From Patescibacteria group bacterium (GTDB lineage: Bacteria > Patescibacteriota > Kazan-3B-28 > UBA10110): a stretch of DNA of 64,000 nucleotides. The notes below the pieces were generated by a model, which searched no databases, was not told the DNA's origin, and worked only from the letters and a program-made list of their open reading frames with translations. Of this stretch, positions 27,841 through 37,273 are shown one piece after another (positions within the stretch are counted from its first letter, which is position 1; each line of letters starts with the position of its first letter). The DNA lies in assembly GCA_016936175.1 (NCBI GenBank), contig JAFGPN010000004.1:5726-69725 (forward strand). Direction: 5' to 3'. A program made the position numbers and the translations under genes.

Positions 27841-27848
27841 AGGCGCAA

Positions 27849-28724
27849 TTACTTGTAGTAAACCCGATCGTCTATCCTCAAATCCACATATTCTCGGGGA
27901 GGGGTTTTGGTGGTTCTTAAGACCTTTACCAGATTATTTAGCTGGGTTTCGACACTCCTGGTGGTATCGAGAATAATCTTCCAGCCATCCGAGGTAACCA
28001 CCTCTATTTCGTAAGTAGTTTCTGGAATCAGCACTCTCCGCGCAGCTAAGTTGGTTTTGCGAGGAAGATTGGCAGAGACAGCAGTTACAAACTCGATGAA
28101 TCCAGTAGCCACAATCTTCTGATTTAAATTGACCGGCACATTTTTTAGGTCCTCCACCACAATCAGTGGGCTATCAGCCTTGGCGATGTCGTAAACCACT
28201 CCCAGACGATTAACCATAAACCGCTCATTGTTTGATTGCCAGATAATGGTGGTCTCGTGTTCATCAATTACCACTGATAACGTTCGGTTAATCAGATTTT
28301 TTCGAAAATGCGCTTCCCTAATCTGCGGTATGGCCAAAATCTGATGCCTAGCCCTACCATCCATGAACAGCAATGCGTTCACCGGCTTAAACCCATCCTT
28401 AAATACAGCTTTTTGGATCTCCTCATCTTCCACTAAGTGGTTGCCCTGAATATCAAACTTGGTCAAAACCAACAGCGATGTACCAAACAATACATAGATT
28501 AGCATCGCCAAAACCACCCCTATCCCCACCTTGGTTAACGGCGTAGCTACTACTCGTAACGACCTAGGTTTAAATTTGGGCTGCCAGACTAATCTTTTAA
28601 GCCGTTTTTGGCTAGGACGCATAACCTGTGGTCGGGTAGTATAAAAAACCACCTTGCTTCGATTATTAACCGAAGTTGGTTTTTTTCTCTTCGAGATAAA
28701 ATCAAATGCAAACCCCCGTTTCAT
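27849..28724 (-). CDS. ftsQ: cell division protein FtsQ-like (POTRA domain)
   Basis: 291 aa with a basic N-terminus, one TM helix and a POTRA-like segment FDIQGNHLVEDEEIQKAV. It lies downstream of murC. Confidence 0.7.
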   Translation of the reverse strand: MKRGFAFDFISKRKKPTSVNNRSKVVFYTTRPQVMRPSQKRLKRLVWQPKFKPRSLRVVATPLTKVGIGVVLAMLIYVLFGTSLLVLTKFDIQGNHLVEDEEIQKAVFKDGFKPVNALLFMDGRARHQILAIPQIREAHFRKNLINRTLSVVIDEHETTIIWQSNNERFMVNRLGVVYDIAKADSPLIVVEDLKNVPVNLNQKIVATGFIEFVTAVSANLPRKTNLAARRVLIPETTYEIEVVTSDGWKIILDTTRSVETQLNNLVKVLRTTKTPPREYVDLRIDDRVYYK

Positions 28725-28843
28725 CCCGTTAGAGATAGGTAACCTAGCGCTACCTTTAGACCATTAGTGATATAGACATCAATCATCATTAATTTAAGTT
28801 TACCCCGCTTATTGGGTTACCGTTAGGTAATCTCTAACGGGAT
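28723..28843. repeat. long inverted repeat filling the murC-ftsQ gap
   Basis: atcccgttagaga (28723-28735) is the exact complement of tctctaacgggat (28831-28843). A second 7-bp segment, ggtaacc/ggttacc, also pairs. Confidence 0.65.
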
Positions 28844-28850
28844 TCATTTT

Positions 28851-30242
28851 TTATTTAGCTAATTCATTTTTAAACTGATGAATCCAATCGCTGTTTTTGC
28901 CAGCTCCCAACGAAATCACTACATCACCACTTTGTAATTTGTCTTTAATATATGTGCTAATGGCTACAAAGTCCGGCAAGACCACTGCCTTGTTGGGAAT
29001 TGATGTATTAATCGCATCGGCTAATTTTTCGGAACTGACCGCTCGCTTGTCGGCATCGCTATCACCCACCGCATAGATGGGAGCTAACATCACCACGTCA
29101 GCCGTTTTTAAGCTGTCGACAAAATCGTCGAACAGCAATCGAGTCCGACTGTGTTGGTGTGGCTGAAACACCACCCAAAGTCGTCGTTCTGGAAAATAAG
29201 ACCGAGCCGCAGATAGTAATGCTCTGATTTCAGTCGGGTGATGAGCATAATCATCCACCAGGGTAATACCTTTAATCGTCCCCAAAATCTCAAATCTTCG
29301 AGCGGCACCGTTAAAATCTGCTAACACCTCACGGATTACTTGATCGGCTACCCCCAAATGGCGCGCCACCGCCGTAGCCGCCAATGCATTAAGCACCAGG
29401 TGGTTACCTGGCAGTGGCAGTTTAAAGCTTTGTTTATCTACTTTAAACTCGGAGCGTCCATCAACGACCTTAACGTCAGTGGCTATTAAATCATTACTAT
29501 CATTAAATCCGTAAGTAACTACTTTGGCCTTAGCCAACGACAATATCTCCTTTAAATTTTTATCGTCGCCGCAAGCCACCACTAAACCGTCTGTCGGAAC
29601 TAACCCAATAAACTGGCCAAAGGCTTGTTTTAGATCAGACAAGTCTCGATAGTAATCCAGATGATCAGAATCAATATTAGTTACAATGGCTATTTTTGGC
29701 GGCATGTCTAAAAACGAGCGGTCATATTCGCATGCTTCTACTATCATATAGGGACCTGCGCCAAAGACGCCGCAGCCACCGATCGACTTGACCTCTGCTC
29801 CAATCAACGCCGATGGATTTAATTGGCCAGCCCGCAACATGGCAGTAAGCAGAGCAGTGGTGGTGGTTTTACCATGAGTGCCTGCAACGGTGATGCCAAT
29901 TTTATCTGCCATCAACTTTCCCACAAATACAGATCGTTTAGTAACCGGGATACCTAATTCTATGGCCTTGGCCACTTCTGGATTGGCGATTTTTGGGGCT
30001 CCCCCACGAGTGATGGCTGAAGTGTAGATTAGTTCGTTAATATTACCCGGCAGATTGTCCGCCGAATGTGGTCCCACAAATACTTTAGCGCCTTTTCCCT
30101 CTAATCTATTCCGGCCACTAAAATCTATATTATTGGAACCGGTCACCGTGTGACCCATACCCAATAACACATCGGCGATAGCTTGCATGCCAATACCACC
30201 GATACCTACCAAAAAAAAGTGTCTGACGGCTAACTTTTCCAC
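28851..30242 (-). CDS. murC: UDP-N-acetylmuramate--L-alanine ligase
   Basis: 463 aa with GIGGIGMQAIADVL at the N-terminus and GTHGKTTTTALL as the Mur ligase P-loop. Confidence 0.92.
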   Translation of the reverse strand: MEKLAVRHFFLVGIGGIGMQAIADVLLGMGHTVTGSNNIDFSGRNRLEGKGAKVFVGPHSADNLPGNINELIYTSAITRGGAPKIANPEVAKAIELGIPVTKRSVFVGKLMADKIGITVAGTHGKTTTTALLTAMLRAGQLNPSALIGAEVKSIGGCGVFGAGPYMIVEACEYDRSFLDMPPKIAIVTNIDSDHLDYYRDLSDLKQAFGQFIGLVPTDGLVVACGDDKNLKEILSLAKAKVVTYGFNDSNDLIATDVKVVDGRSEFKVDKQSFKLPLPGNHLVLNALAATAVARHLGVADQVIREVLADFNGAARRFEILGTIKGITLVDDYAHHPTEIRALLSAARSYFPERRLWVVFQPHQHSRTRLLFDDFVDSLKTADVVMLAPIYAVGDSDADKRAVSSEKLADAINTSIPNKAVVLPDFVAISTYIKDKLQSGDVVISLGAGKNSDWIHQFKNELAK

Positions 30243-30350
30243 TCCTACAGTATACCCCGTTAGAAATTGCCCGAAAAGTTTACCAAATTCAACAAAACCA
30301 AGCGGAGCATCGTTCGCTTATCTGAACCCAAAGAGAAGCCACCCCCTTTG

Positions 30351-31040
30351 TCAGATTTTTAAGAGGGTACGGCCAACTCTACTACTTAGCTCTCTCTCTC
30401 TGATTTCGTGGATAATCAGCTTCTTACCCTGATGCTCGGCCTTGTCCTCCACCAACTCCCCCCGGACTTCCAGCCGGGTATCTTTGTCGGTAAATTCGGC
30501 GATGCGTGATTTTATTCCAGGGTCGGCGATATAGTCTATCTTGTACGGCATCAAGCCAAACTCCGTGCCATCTTCGCTCACAAAATAATCATCGTAGGCA
30601 CTGTCATCGGGTGCGGATTTTATCGCACCGAAATAAGTTAAAAAGCCATCGTCGCCGGGATTACCGTTGATTGTGACCATAAAGTTATTAGCCACCTCCG
30701 ATTTATCCCACGGTCTGCGATACTCCATCACAATATGCGAGCGCTCATCTTTTAGCACTTTAAACGTCCAGATCTCCTCGCCACCGGCGCCCACCACTCC
30801 CTCGGAATATTTGGTAGAAACTTTATAATCCTCTTTAACCTTTTCTAATACTCCCGAAGTTAGATCGACTAACTCCCATTTATAACCGGTGGTCTGATTA
30901 GAAGGCAACACTATCTGAAAACTATTTCCTTCGGTGATGTTGTGGTTTTGTTTATTGTCAACCATAGTTATCTGCTGTAGCTTGGGGCCACCGCAACCAG
31001 CCAATATTAATATTGGTAACAACCAAATAAATTTTTTCAT
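30351..31040 (-). CDS. lipoprotein with chagasin-like (I42) peptidase-inhibitor domain
   Basis: 229 aa with lipobox LILAGCGG. NSFQIVLPSNQTTGYKWEL resembles the chagasin family core. Confidence 0.6.
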   Translation of the reverse strand: MKKFIWLLPILILAGCGGPKLQQITMVDNKQNHNITEGNSFQIVLPSNQTTGYKWELVDLTSGVLEKVKEDYKVSTKYSEGVVGAGGEEIWTFKVLKDERSHIVMEYRRPWDKSEVANNFMVTINGNPGDDGFLTYFGAIKSAPDDSAYDDYFVSEDGTEFGLMPYKIDYIADPGIKSRIAEFTDKDTRLEVRGELVEDKAEHQGKKLIIHEIRERELSSRVGRTLLKI

Positions 31041-31242
31041 AGCACGTCTCCTTTGTTTATGTTCAGCTTTAATTATAGACTAAATCGACAAAAAACTGCC
31101 CCCACCCTACCAGAAATCCCCTCCCGATTAATTCGTTTGCCCCTCGTCTCTCGAGGTGTTAGGATAGGGCGTCATGAGGTCTGGATGTCTCGAGCGAAGT
31201 CGAGAGGCAAAATCAAACCGACCTTGAAAAGGAGTACAACCC

Positions 31243-32733
31243 ATGTCCGCACGAAACTTGATGATGCCGGGACACCCCCGGTATCAGCCCAAGACGCTTA
31301 TCCCCTACTTTGGTTACGATAACTACGCTCACTGGCTACTGGTGATCGAGATCGCGATCTTCCGAATCGCCTGCCGAATGGGGCTATTCACCGCCCAACA
31401 GGGTCAACTACAACTACTAAGCAGTAAGGTCGAACAACAGCTACTCAACAACGTCACCACCACCGAGATGGATCGGCTGGAGTTCGGTGATGAAGACGCC
31501 GGCATCAAGGGAACCCATCACGACATCGAAGCCCTAAAGCGCGCCAGCGAGCGATATCTGCCCAGGGCACTTTGGTCCCTCTTCCACTTCGGCGCAACCA
31601 GCTGGGACATCGTGGCAACCGCCATTTCTCTTATGCTGTTGCTATCGTATCGCGCAGTGATTAGGCCGCTGATTATTAAGTGGGGTAACTCACTAGCCGA
31701 TCGTACCGAACACTACGCCGAAACAGTAATGCTCGGCCGAACGCATGGGCAACCGGCCAATCCCATCACCGTAGGGCACTGGCTGGCCTACCCACTCGGG
31801 CGACTGATTGATATCCTAGCGCACCTAGATCAGTTTGCCTCCGAGCTAACCGGCAAATACTCCGGCCCGGTCGGCGCTAGCAATGCGCTGGTGGCCTTCG
31901 GCCGGGGAGATGCCCGCGCTATCGAAGAAGAGCTACTCAGGGAATTGGGTCTGGCTCAACCGCTAGTCTCCACCCAGATTACCCCACCCGAGTCTTGGTC
32001 ACGGTATCTACATGAGCTGGTACAGCTAACCGGCGTGATGGCGCAACTAGCTATCGATGTCCGCCTGCTCTACATTCCAGAGATTGGCGAAGTGGGGGTA
32101 GCAACTCTCGGCTTCGATCCGGCGACGACTACCGGCTCTTCGACTATGAGCCACAAGCGTAACCCGATCGACCCGGAGAACGTCTGCGGCATGCACATCA
32201 TCGCCAACTCTCAGCTAAATCTAGTTGGCTCACTCGCTACCAGCTGGCTACAACGAGACCTGGTTGGCAGTAGCGTCTCCCGTTACCTGCCAATCATCCC
32301 AATCTGCGCTACGTACGCGCTGCAGAAGATCCTCAAGGTTACCGGGGCGTTGGACATCAACGCTCAGAGAGCACGACAAAACCTAACCGATCAGGGCGAC
32401 TTAATTCTATCCGAACTGCTACAGCTAGCGCTGAAGCATTATGGCTATAGTGGCAATGCTCATCAGCTGGTCAATAAGCTGGTCAGTGAAGCTCAGAAGA
32501 CCGGCGTCAGTTTGATGGAAACAACCGAGCGCATCCTGCGCGAGAACAAGGCTGACCTGCTTGGCCCTAACCTCGAACTGAGCGATTTGGAGATCCCGTG
32601 GCTTCGCCTCATCAGCGACGAAGATGGCCTCGGCCTTAACTCACTTATGAGAGAGCCGCGCCGTTACATCGGCCTATCTGCCCAAAATGCTCATCGAGTT
32701 GCGCAACTGTGGAGAGAGCAGACAGCCGTCTAG
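31243..32733 (+). CDS. class II fumarate-lyase superfamily protein (adenylosuccinate lyase-like)
   Basis: 496 aa with the signature GSSTMSHKRNP (SSxMPxKxN loop). An RBS aaaggag precedes the ATG. Confidence 0.7.
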   Translation: MSARNLMMPGHPRYQPKTLIPYFGYDNYAHWLLVIEIAIFRIACRMGLFTAQQGQLQLLSSKVEQQLLNNVTTTEMDRLEFGDEDAGIKGTHHDIEALKRASERYLPRALWSLFHFGATSWDIVATAISLMLLLSYRAVIRPLIIKWGNSLADRTEHYAETVMLGRTHGQPANPITVGHWLAYPLGRLIDILAHLDQFASELTGKYSGPVGASNALVAFGRGDARAIEEELLRELGLAQPLVSTQITPPESWSRYLHELVQLTGVMAQLAIDVRLLYIPEIGEVGVATLGFDPATTTGSSTMSHKRNPIDPENVCGMHIIANSQLNLVGSLATSWLQRDLVGSSVSRYLPIIPICATYALQKILKVTGALDINAQRARQNLTDQGDLILSELLQLALKHYGYSGNAHQLVNKLVSEAQKTGVSLMETTERILRENKADLLGPNLELSDLEIPWLRLISDEDGLGLNSLMREPRRYIGLSAQNAHRVAQLWREQTAV

Positions 32734-32758
32734 GCTCCTCCCGCATCTCAGACAACAA

Positions 32759-32787
32759 CGGCACCGCTATGCGGTGCCGATTTTTTA
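32759..32787 (+). terminator. intrinsic terminator
   Basis: The hairpin cggcaccgc-tat-gcggtgccg is followed by a T6 run. Confidence 0.8.
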
Positions 32788-32804
32788 TATCTTTTTGAAA
32801 ATAA

Positions 32805-33329
32805 CTAACCAGCTATCATTTCGCGTAACTGCTTAATTACTTCAACATTCTCTTCGTTCTGTTCCGGCCCAAATATCTCTTCTCGTAAATCTAGATACAG
32901 CCCTGCCCAAAGTTTGAACGAAGGCGATTGTTCCAAATCATCTTGTTTGTCGGACAAACTTTTTAGCCCTATCTGCAAATCTTCTCCTTCCGCCACCAAA
33001 TGATTCAAGCCCCCCTCATCCAGCTGACTTCCTAACAAAATGGCATAAACAAAATTATTCCCATTGTTGTGCTTTCGCGCATTCTCTCTCGCCAACCTCT
33101 TCTGCTCATCAGGATCATCAATGGTTTGCCCTATCAGCCTCTTCCCTGTACCGTATACTCGACTCTCGATCGATTGGCAGTAATTTTTTATTACATCATA
33201 TGATGAACCGTTGTTCCTTAAATTATCCTGTACCTCTCGTAAAAGATCTCGATCTAGCTCAAATAAGCTACGGATCTCCGCCGGCGGCTGATACGACTCT
33301 GACATGGCATGTGGCTCCATTCGTTCCAT
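32805..33329 (-). CDS. hypothetical protein
   Basis: 174-aa acidic, helical ORF. No family recognised. Confidence 0.5.
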   Translation of the reverse strand: MERMEPHAMSESYQPPAEIRSLFELDRDLLREVQDNLRNNGSSYDVIKNYCQSIESRVYGTGKRLIGQTIDDPDEQKRLARENARKHNNGNNFVYAILLGSQLDEGGLNHLVAEGEDLQIGLKSLSDKQDDLEQSPSFKLWAGLYLDLREEIFGPEQNEENVEVIKQLREMIAG

Positions 33330-33415
33330 CTCTCATTATACCACAAAAATATATTTTCGTCAATTAAAAAACAGGCAACCAGCAGATAAAACCTGGCTCC
33401 CCTACTATATAATAC

Positions 33416-34195
33416 CTACTTCTTGCCCGTCGGATACTCGTGGGCTTCGACCACCTGTTCAACCGAGTAGCGATATTTGCAAAAATCACAGTCCGGATCG
33501 GGGTCTGGGATATCATCTCCCACCAGACACTCCTTCATTCCCAGAATGGTTGCATCTATCCAATCTGTCTTGCCGACATAGGGAATTAATTTAATATCAA
33601 ACTCTAACTTGGCATCAAAAGCTTCTGCGTCGCGTTTACCATTGCAGTAAACAAAGTAAGCGGTATCAGAAACTTTAAATCCGTTCTGACGAAACAGCCA
33701 TTGATAGATCTCTACTTGCCTTTTATAGCCATCCTGCCAAGCGGCATCCAAGCTTACCTCGGCATCTTTGCTGGTGGCTTTGTAATCTACAATTATCAAT
33801 TCTCCCGCTGGGTTAACCCAAACATCGTCGATTCCGCCATAGATTAACAGATTGGTTGCCGGATGCAAATACCGAACTCCTACATAAGCATTGCGCCAAG
33901 TCTCCAAATCTTCGTGTTGGTACGGCACTGCATCCAAACCGTAAGCCTTCATTAAAGGGTGAGAAGTGCCATCTGCCCGATGTACATCGAATTCTTTTTT
34001 TAACAACAAGTCCACCGCCGAGTTGAGACTAAACGGATAACCCGGTGGCTGACCCACGCCCAGACGCCGATCAATATAAAAACACCGAGGACATTTAATA
34101 AAGTTATCGATCTTGCTCCGGCTTAATTTGTAGGGTTCGGAAGAAGTAGGATCAAACAGATCGCGTCCCCGCTTCCCTCGATAATATTCAGACAT
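33416..34195 (-). CDS. PD-(D/E)XK nuclease family protein (Cas4/RecB-like, Cys-rich)
   Basis: 259 aa. It has IVDYKATSK (the D..E/DxK core), an N-terminal CPRC and a C-terminal CDFC pair suggesting an Fe-S or Zn site. Confidence 0.6.
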   Translation of the reverse strand: MSEYYRGKRGRDLFDPTSSEPYKLSRSKIDNFIKCPRCFYIDRRLGVGQPPGYPFSLNSAVDLLLKKEFDVHRADGTSHPLMKAYGLDAVPYQHEDLETWRNAYVGVRYLHPATNLLIYGGIDDVWVNPAGELIIVDYKATSKDAEVSLDAAWQDGYKRQVEIYQWLFRQNGFKVSDTAYFVYCNGKRDAEAFDAKLEFDIKLIPYVGKTDWIDATILGMKECLVGDDIPDPDPDCDFCKYRYSVEQVVEAHEYPTGKK

Positions 34196-34218
34196 AACAA
34201 CAATTTAATGCTTATCAA

Positions 34219-34902
34219 TCATACCATATCAGATACCCGAGCTTTTTCCAGATCGGTTATCGACTTAATCTCATCTAATTTAATTGCCTGGATAACCGAA
34301 AATTCTCCAATCCGAACTCGGCACAAGTTAGATAAGTAAGCCCCGACACCCAGCTCTTTCCCAATATCATGGGCTAGCGATCTAATATATGTCCCGGGCG
34401 AAACCCTGGTCGTAAACTCAACCCGGGGATACCGATAATCGATTAGCTCAATGTCATAAACTTCAACCGGGCTGGGCTTTAGCTCCACCGCTTCGCCCTG
34501 CCGCGCTAATTTGTGAGCGCTTTGCCCACCGATTTTTTTAGCCGAAAAAATCGGCGGCAACTGCTCGGTTTGACCGATAAATGTTTTTAAAACATTTTTT
34601 ATCTCGCTATCGCTCGGTTCTCGATCGGAGACAGCTGTTAGTTCTCCCTCACTATCATAGGTACTGCTATCCTTGCCTAAGGTAATTTCGGCCCGATAAA
34701 CTTTATCTAAGCTCTTAAATTTATCAACCTGTTTAGTAAACTCCCTGGTTACAGCCAAAACCAACAAGCCCGAAGCCAGGGGATCTAATGTGCCAGCATG
34801 ACCAATCGTTCGTTCACCAGTTACTCGACGCAAAACATCTACCACATCATGCGAGGTGGGTCCGACCGGCTTATCAATCAGAAAGAAACCGCTTATAGAC
34901 AC
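34219..34902 (-). CDS. truB: tRNA pseudouridine(55) synthase
   Basis: 227 aa with GHAGTLDPLASGLL, the catalytic Asp motif. Confidence 0.9.
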   Translation of the reverse strand: MSISGFFLIDKPVGPTSHDVVDVLRRVTGERTIGHAGTLDPLASGLLVLAVTREFTKQVDKFKSLDKVYRAEITLGKDSSTYDSEGELTAVSDREPSDSEIKNVLKTFIGQTEQLPPIFSAKKIGGQSAHKLARQGEAVELKPSPVEVYDIELIDYRYPRVEFTTRVSPGTYIRSLAHDIGKELGVGAYLSNLCRVRIGEFSVIQAIKLDEIKSITDLEKARVSDMV

Positions 34903-35378
34903 TTGGTTTGCGTATCTGTAGCTTCGGTTAATTCTCCAAACTGTCCGCTCATCTCGTTGTAGCGATTATCGGTTACTGCCGCGGCAACCGTATCGGTCTG
35001 CACCGTTATCTGAATAGTGTGAGCAGTTTTTACCCCGTCTAGAGCCTCATTAACCCGATTACCATAGCCGCCATTGCGAGAATCGAAAGTAAACTCGTAC
35101 AGCATCGCACCCACACACTTGTTAGCGCTGACCGACTGCATAAACTGAAGATTTTCGCCGTCAAATTTATAGGTCGGCGCGTTATCGGTTATCCATCTCT
35201 CCGCTATCCCCCGTCCGCCGATCTGCTGGTTTACCGTATCACTCGAGTCAGTTGAGGTGGCATCGGGCACTACCGAACCATCGCCCGGCTGAGTAACTAG
35301 CCTCAGGCCACAACCACCAGCTCCAACCAATAAGATTAGCGAAGCGATAATAATAATTGATTGACTAGCTTTGCTCAT
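34893..35378 (-). CDS. hypothetical lipoprotein
   Basis: 161 aa with a signal peptide and a lipobox-like GAGGCG. Confidence 0.5.
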   Translation of the reverse strand: MSKASQSIIIIASLILLVGAGGCGLRLVTQPGDGSVVPDATSTDSSDTVNQQIGGRGIAERWITDNAPTYKFDGENLQFMQSVSANKCVGAMLYEFTFDSRNGGYGNRVNEALDGVKTAHTIQITVQTDTVAAAVTDNRYNEMSGQFGELTEATDTQTKCL

Positions 35379-35412
35379 TTCTCAATTTAGTATTTAATTA
35401 CTAAAAATTGAT

Positions 35413-36576
35413 TTAATATTTCCCCGTTTTAATTATTTTGTAACGATCTTGCCAGAAACCACCAATGCCAATCATCATCAATATGAGACAGACCAGCCAG
35501 CCAATAAGCGGAACTATCCCTACCAGCCCAAACAAGATTGCGCCGACTATTAATGCGCCCAACTGTCTGCCGATAGTTTTATCGAACTTTCTAACTAGCC
35601 AACTCCCAATTAATATGGCGGCCGCAAAATAACCAAACATCAGCAATAAGCCATAAACCAGGCCGACGGCAATAGTCAGATGAATTCCGATCAGTGTTAT
35701 GGTTAATACCAACATTAGTACCGGTATGCCCAGAGCTACTACTAACCCTTGCCAGAAAGCCTTCCAATAATCTTTTTTAATTGCCACGGTAATCCGCGGC
35801 AATAGTTTGGGCATCAACCAAATGATTACCGCTCCCATCAGCAAAATCGAGACCAACTTCCACAGCAAAAACCCAGCACCAAGGGCTGGTATCATCCATA
35901 ACATCACTCCCAACATCGGCGGCAACGGAGTGTGTGTAGTTTTTTGGGGATGATAAGTAACCGTCTTAGCATATTTGGCAAACTCCGGATTTTCTTTAGG
36001 CGCCCAATAACTTAGCTCGCCGCCAATCTTGGTCCCGGGCAGGATAGAGATATAGTTGTCGGTTTTTATCTCAACGTCGCCATCGATACTAGCGTTAAGG
36101 GTTACCGCTCCTCCAGCTATCCGGGCATTACCATAAATCTTGCCGCCGACCATTGCCGTAGCGGCGCCAATAATTAAATCACCCCTAATCACCGCTTTTT
36201 CACTGGTCGTTAAGGTGCGGGCCCCAACTATTACATCATCATCTACTGTGGTATTAATAACTACCTCACCAGCTCCGATTCGAACGTCACCAGCTACCCG
36301 ATTGTTAACCCATACCGTGTTGGCTCCCACCCACAGATCACCCTCCACTTGGCCATTTATCTGAGCAGTGTTGGCCCCGATTAACAAATCACCATCGATA
36401 GCGGCATCAACCATGGCCGTATTGGCGCCAATATAGGTATCATCAGTCAGCGCCGCCCTAATCGTAATCGGTTGACCCGTATCACTAGCCATAAAATTGG
36501 GCGCCGCCCAGGCTGGGTTCGCCAAACCCACGGTAGTAAGCGCCACGAACATCAATATAAAAATTTTCTTTATCAT
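35413..36576 (-). CDS. bactofilin-like beta-helix repeat protein with C-terminal TM domain
   Basis: It carries repeats of the type DGDLLIGANTAQINGQVEGDLWVGANTVWV and about 5 C-terminal TM helices. The start was moved to ATG 36576 (signal peptide MIKKIFILMFVALTTVGLANPAWA). Confidence 0.55.
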   Translation of the reverse strand: MIKKIFILMFVALTTVGLANPAWAAPNFMASDTGQPITIRAALTDDTYIGANTAMVDAAIDGDLLIGANTAQINGQVEGDLWVGANTVWVNNRVAGDVRIGAGEVVINTTVDDDVIVGARTLTTSEKAVIRGDLIIGAATAMVGGKIYGNARIAGGAVTLNASIDGDVEIKTDNYISILPGTKIGGELSYWAPKENPEFAKYAKTVTYHPQKTTHTPLPPMLGVMLWMIPALGAGFLLWKLVSILLMGAVIIWLMPKLLPRITVAIKKDYWKAFWQGLVVALGIPVLMLVLTITLIGIHLTIAVGLVYGLLLMFGYFAAAILIGSWLVRKFDKTIGRQLGALIVGAILFGLVGIVPLIGWLVCLILMMIGIGGFWQDRYKIIKTGKY

Positions 36577-36651
36577 CACCCTAAATTTATTTTTTATATC
36601 TTTAACTATTATACGCCCCTGGCCGCGTCCGCGGTAGCGGGCAGGCAAAAT

Positions 36652-36695
36652 AAAAAAACCCGCCGATGAGGGCTATGACCTCAGAGGTCGGCGGG
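36652..36695 (-). terminator. strong intrinsic terminator
   Basis: The stem cccgccga / tcggcggg has a structured loop and is followed by a U7 run on the minus strand. Confidence 0.8.
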
Positions 36696-37273
36696 CAGGG
36701 GGGAGAAAGGCATCAACAAGAAGTAACGCGGCCGGGGTGTTGTGAGGGCCCCGGCCTTGGGAGGAACTGTCGTGAAGAAGGTTTGGGTGGGCGCTAACTC
36801 CAGCACACGTTGGCGACACATCTCAAAAACCCTCTTACACGTCGGGTAAGCAAATGGGTAGATGGGAACCAGCTAACTTGTCCCGTTTAACAGGGAGGCA
36901 CGCGCTGTGGCTCAGCTGGTTCCCATCCGGGGCGGAAAATAATCTGGAGTGTTCTGATGTGGTAAGTGGAAACCAACCGGCTAAGAGCACAACAAAGGGT
37001 GGGGTGGAGATGACCAGTTGTAGACTGCCCAAACAGATTAACCGTTCTTAATCGGCACCTGGTGGCCAATGGCGGCTGGCAGTAAGCCACCAAGGAATGG
37101 ACCGCTACACCAACACGCTCGGAGTCACCTGCAACAGGAAACTCCTCGATTCATCGCGGCCTCACATCGAAATCGCATGCTCTCAACTAAATCTTCACCC
37201 TCAGAGAGCCGGATGCAAAAGGGTTAAGCTGGTTTTGGGGTTGTCAATGTGCGCACAACCCGTAACGATCTTA
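36696..37273. ncRNA. ORF-free, hairpin-dense region: candidate large structured RNA (identity and strand unresolved)
   Basis: No ORF longer than 76 aa occurs in any frame over about 580 nt. Many perfect local helices are present, including a 14-bp stem gatgggaaccagct/agctggttcccatc at 36861-36926. The region is bounded by a minus-strand terminator. Confidence 0.4.

Noticed and set aside
36696-37273. Calling this region rnpB (RNase P RNA)
   Set aside because: Only scattered S-domain and P4-like strings are present. There is no GAGGAAAGUCC box, and I could not pair a P4 or P1 consistently on either strand. I left it as an unidentified candidate pending a covariance-model search.
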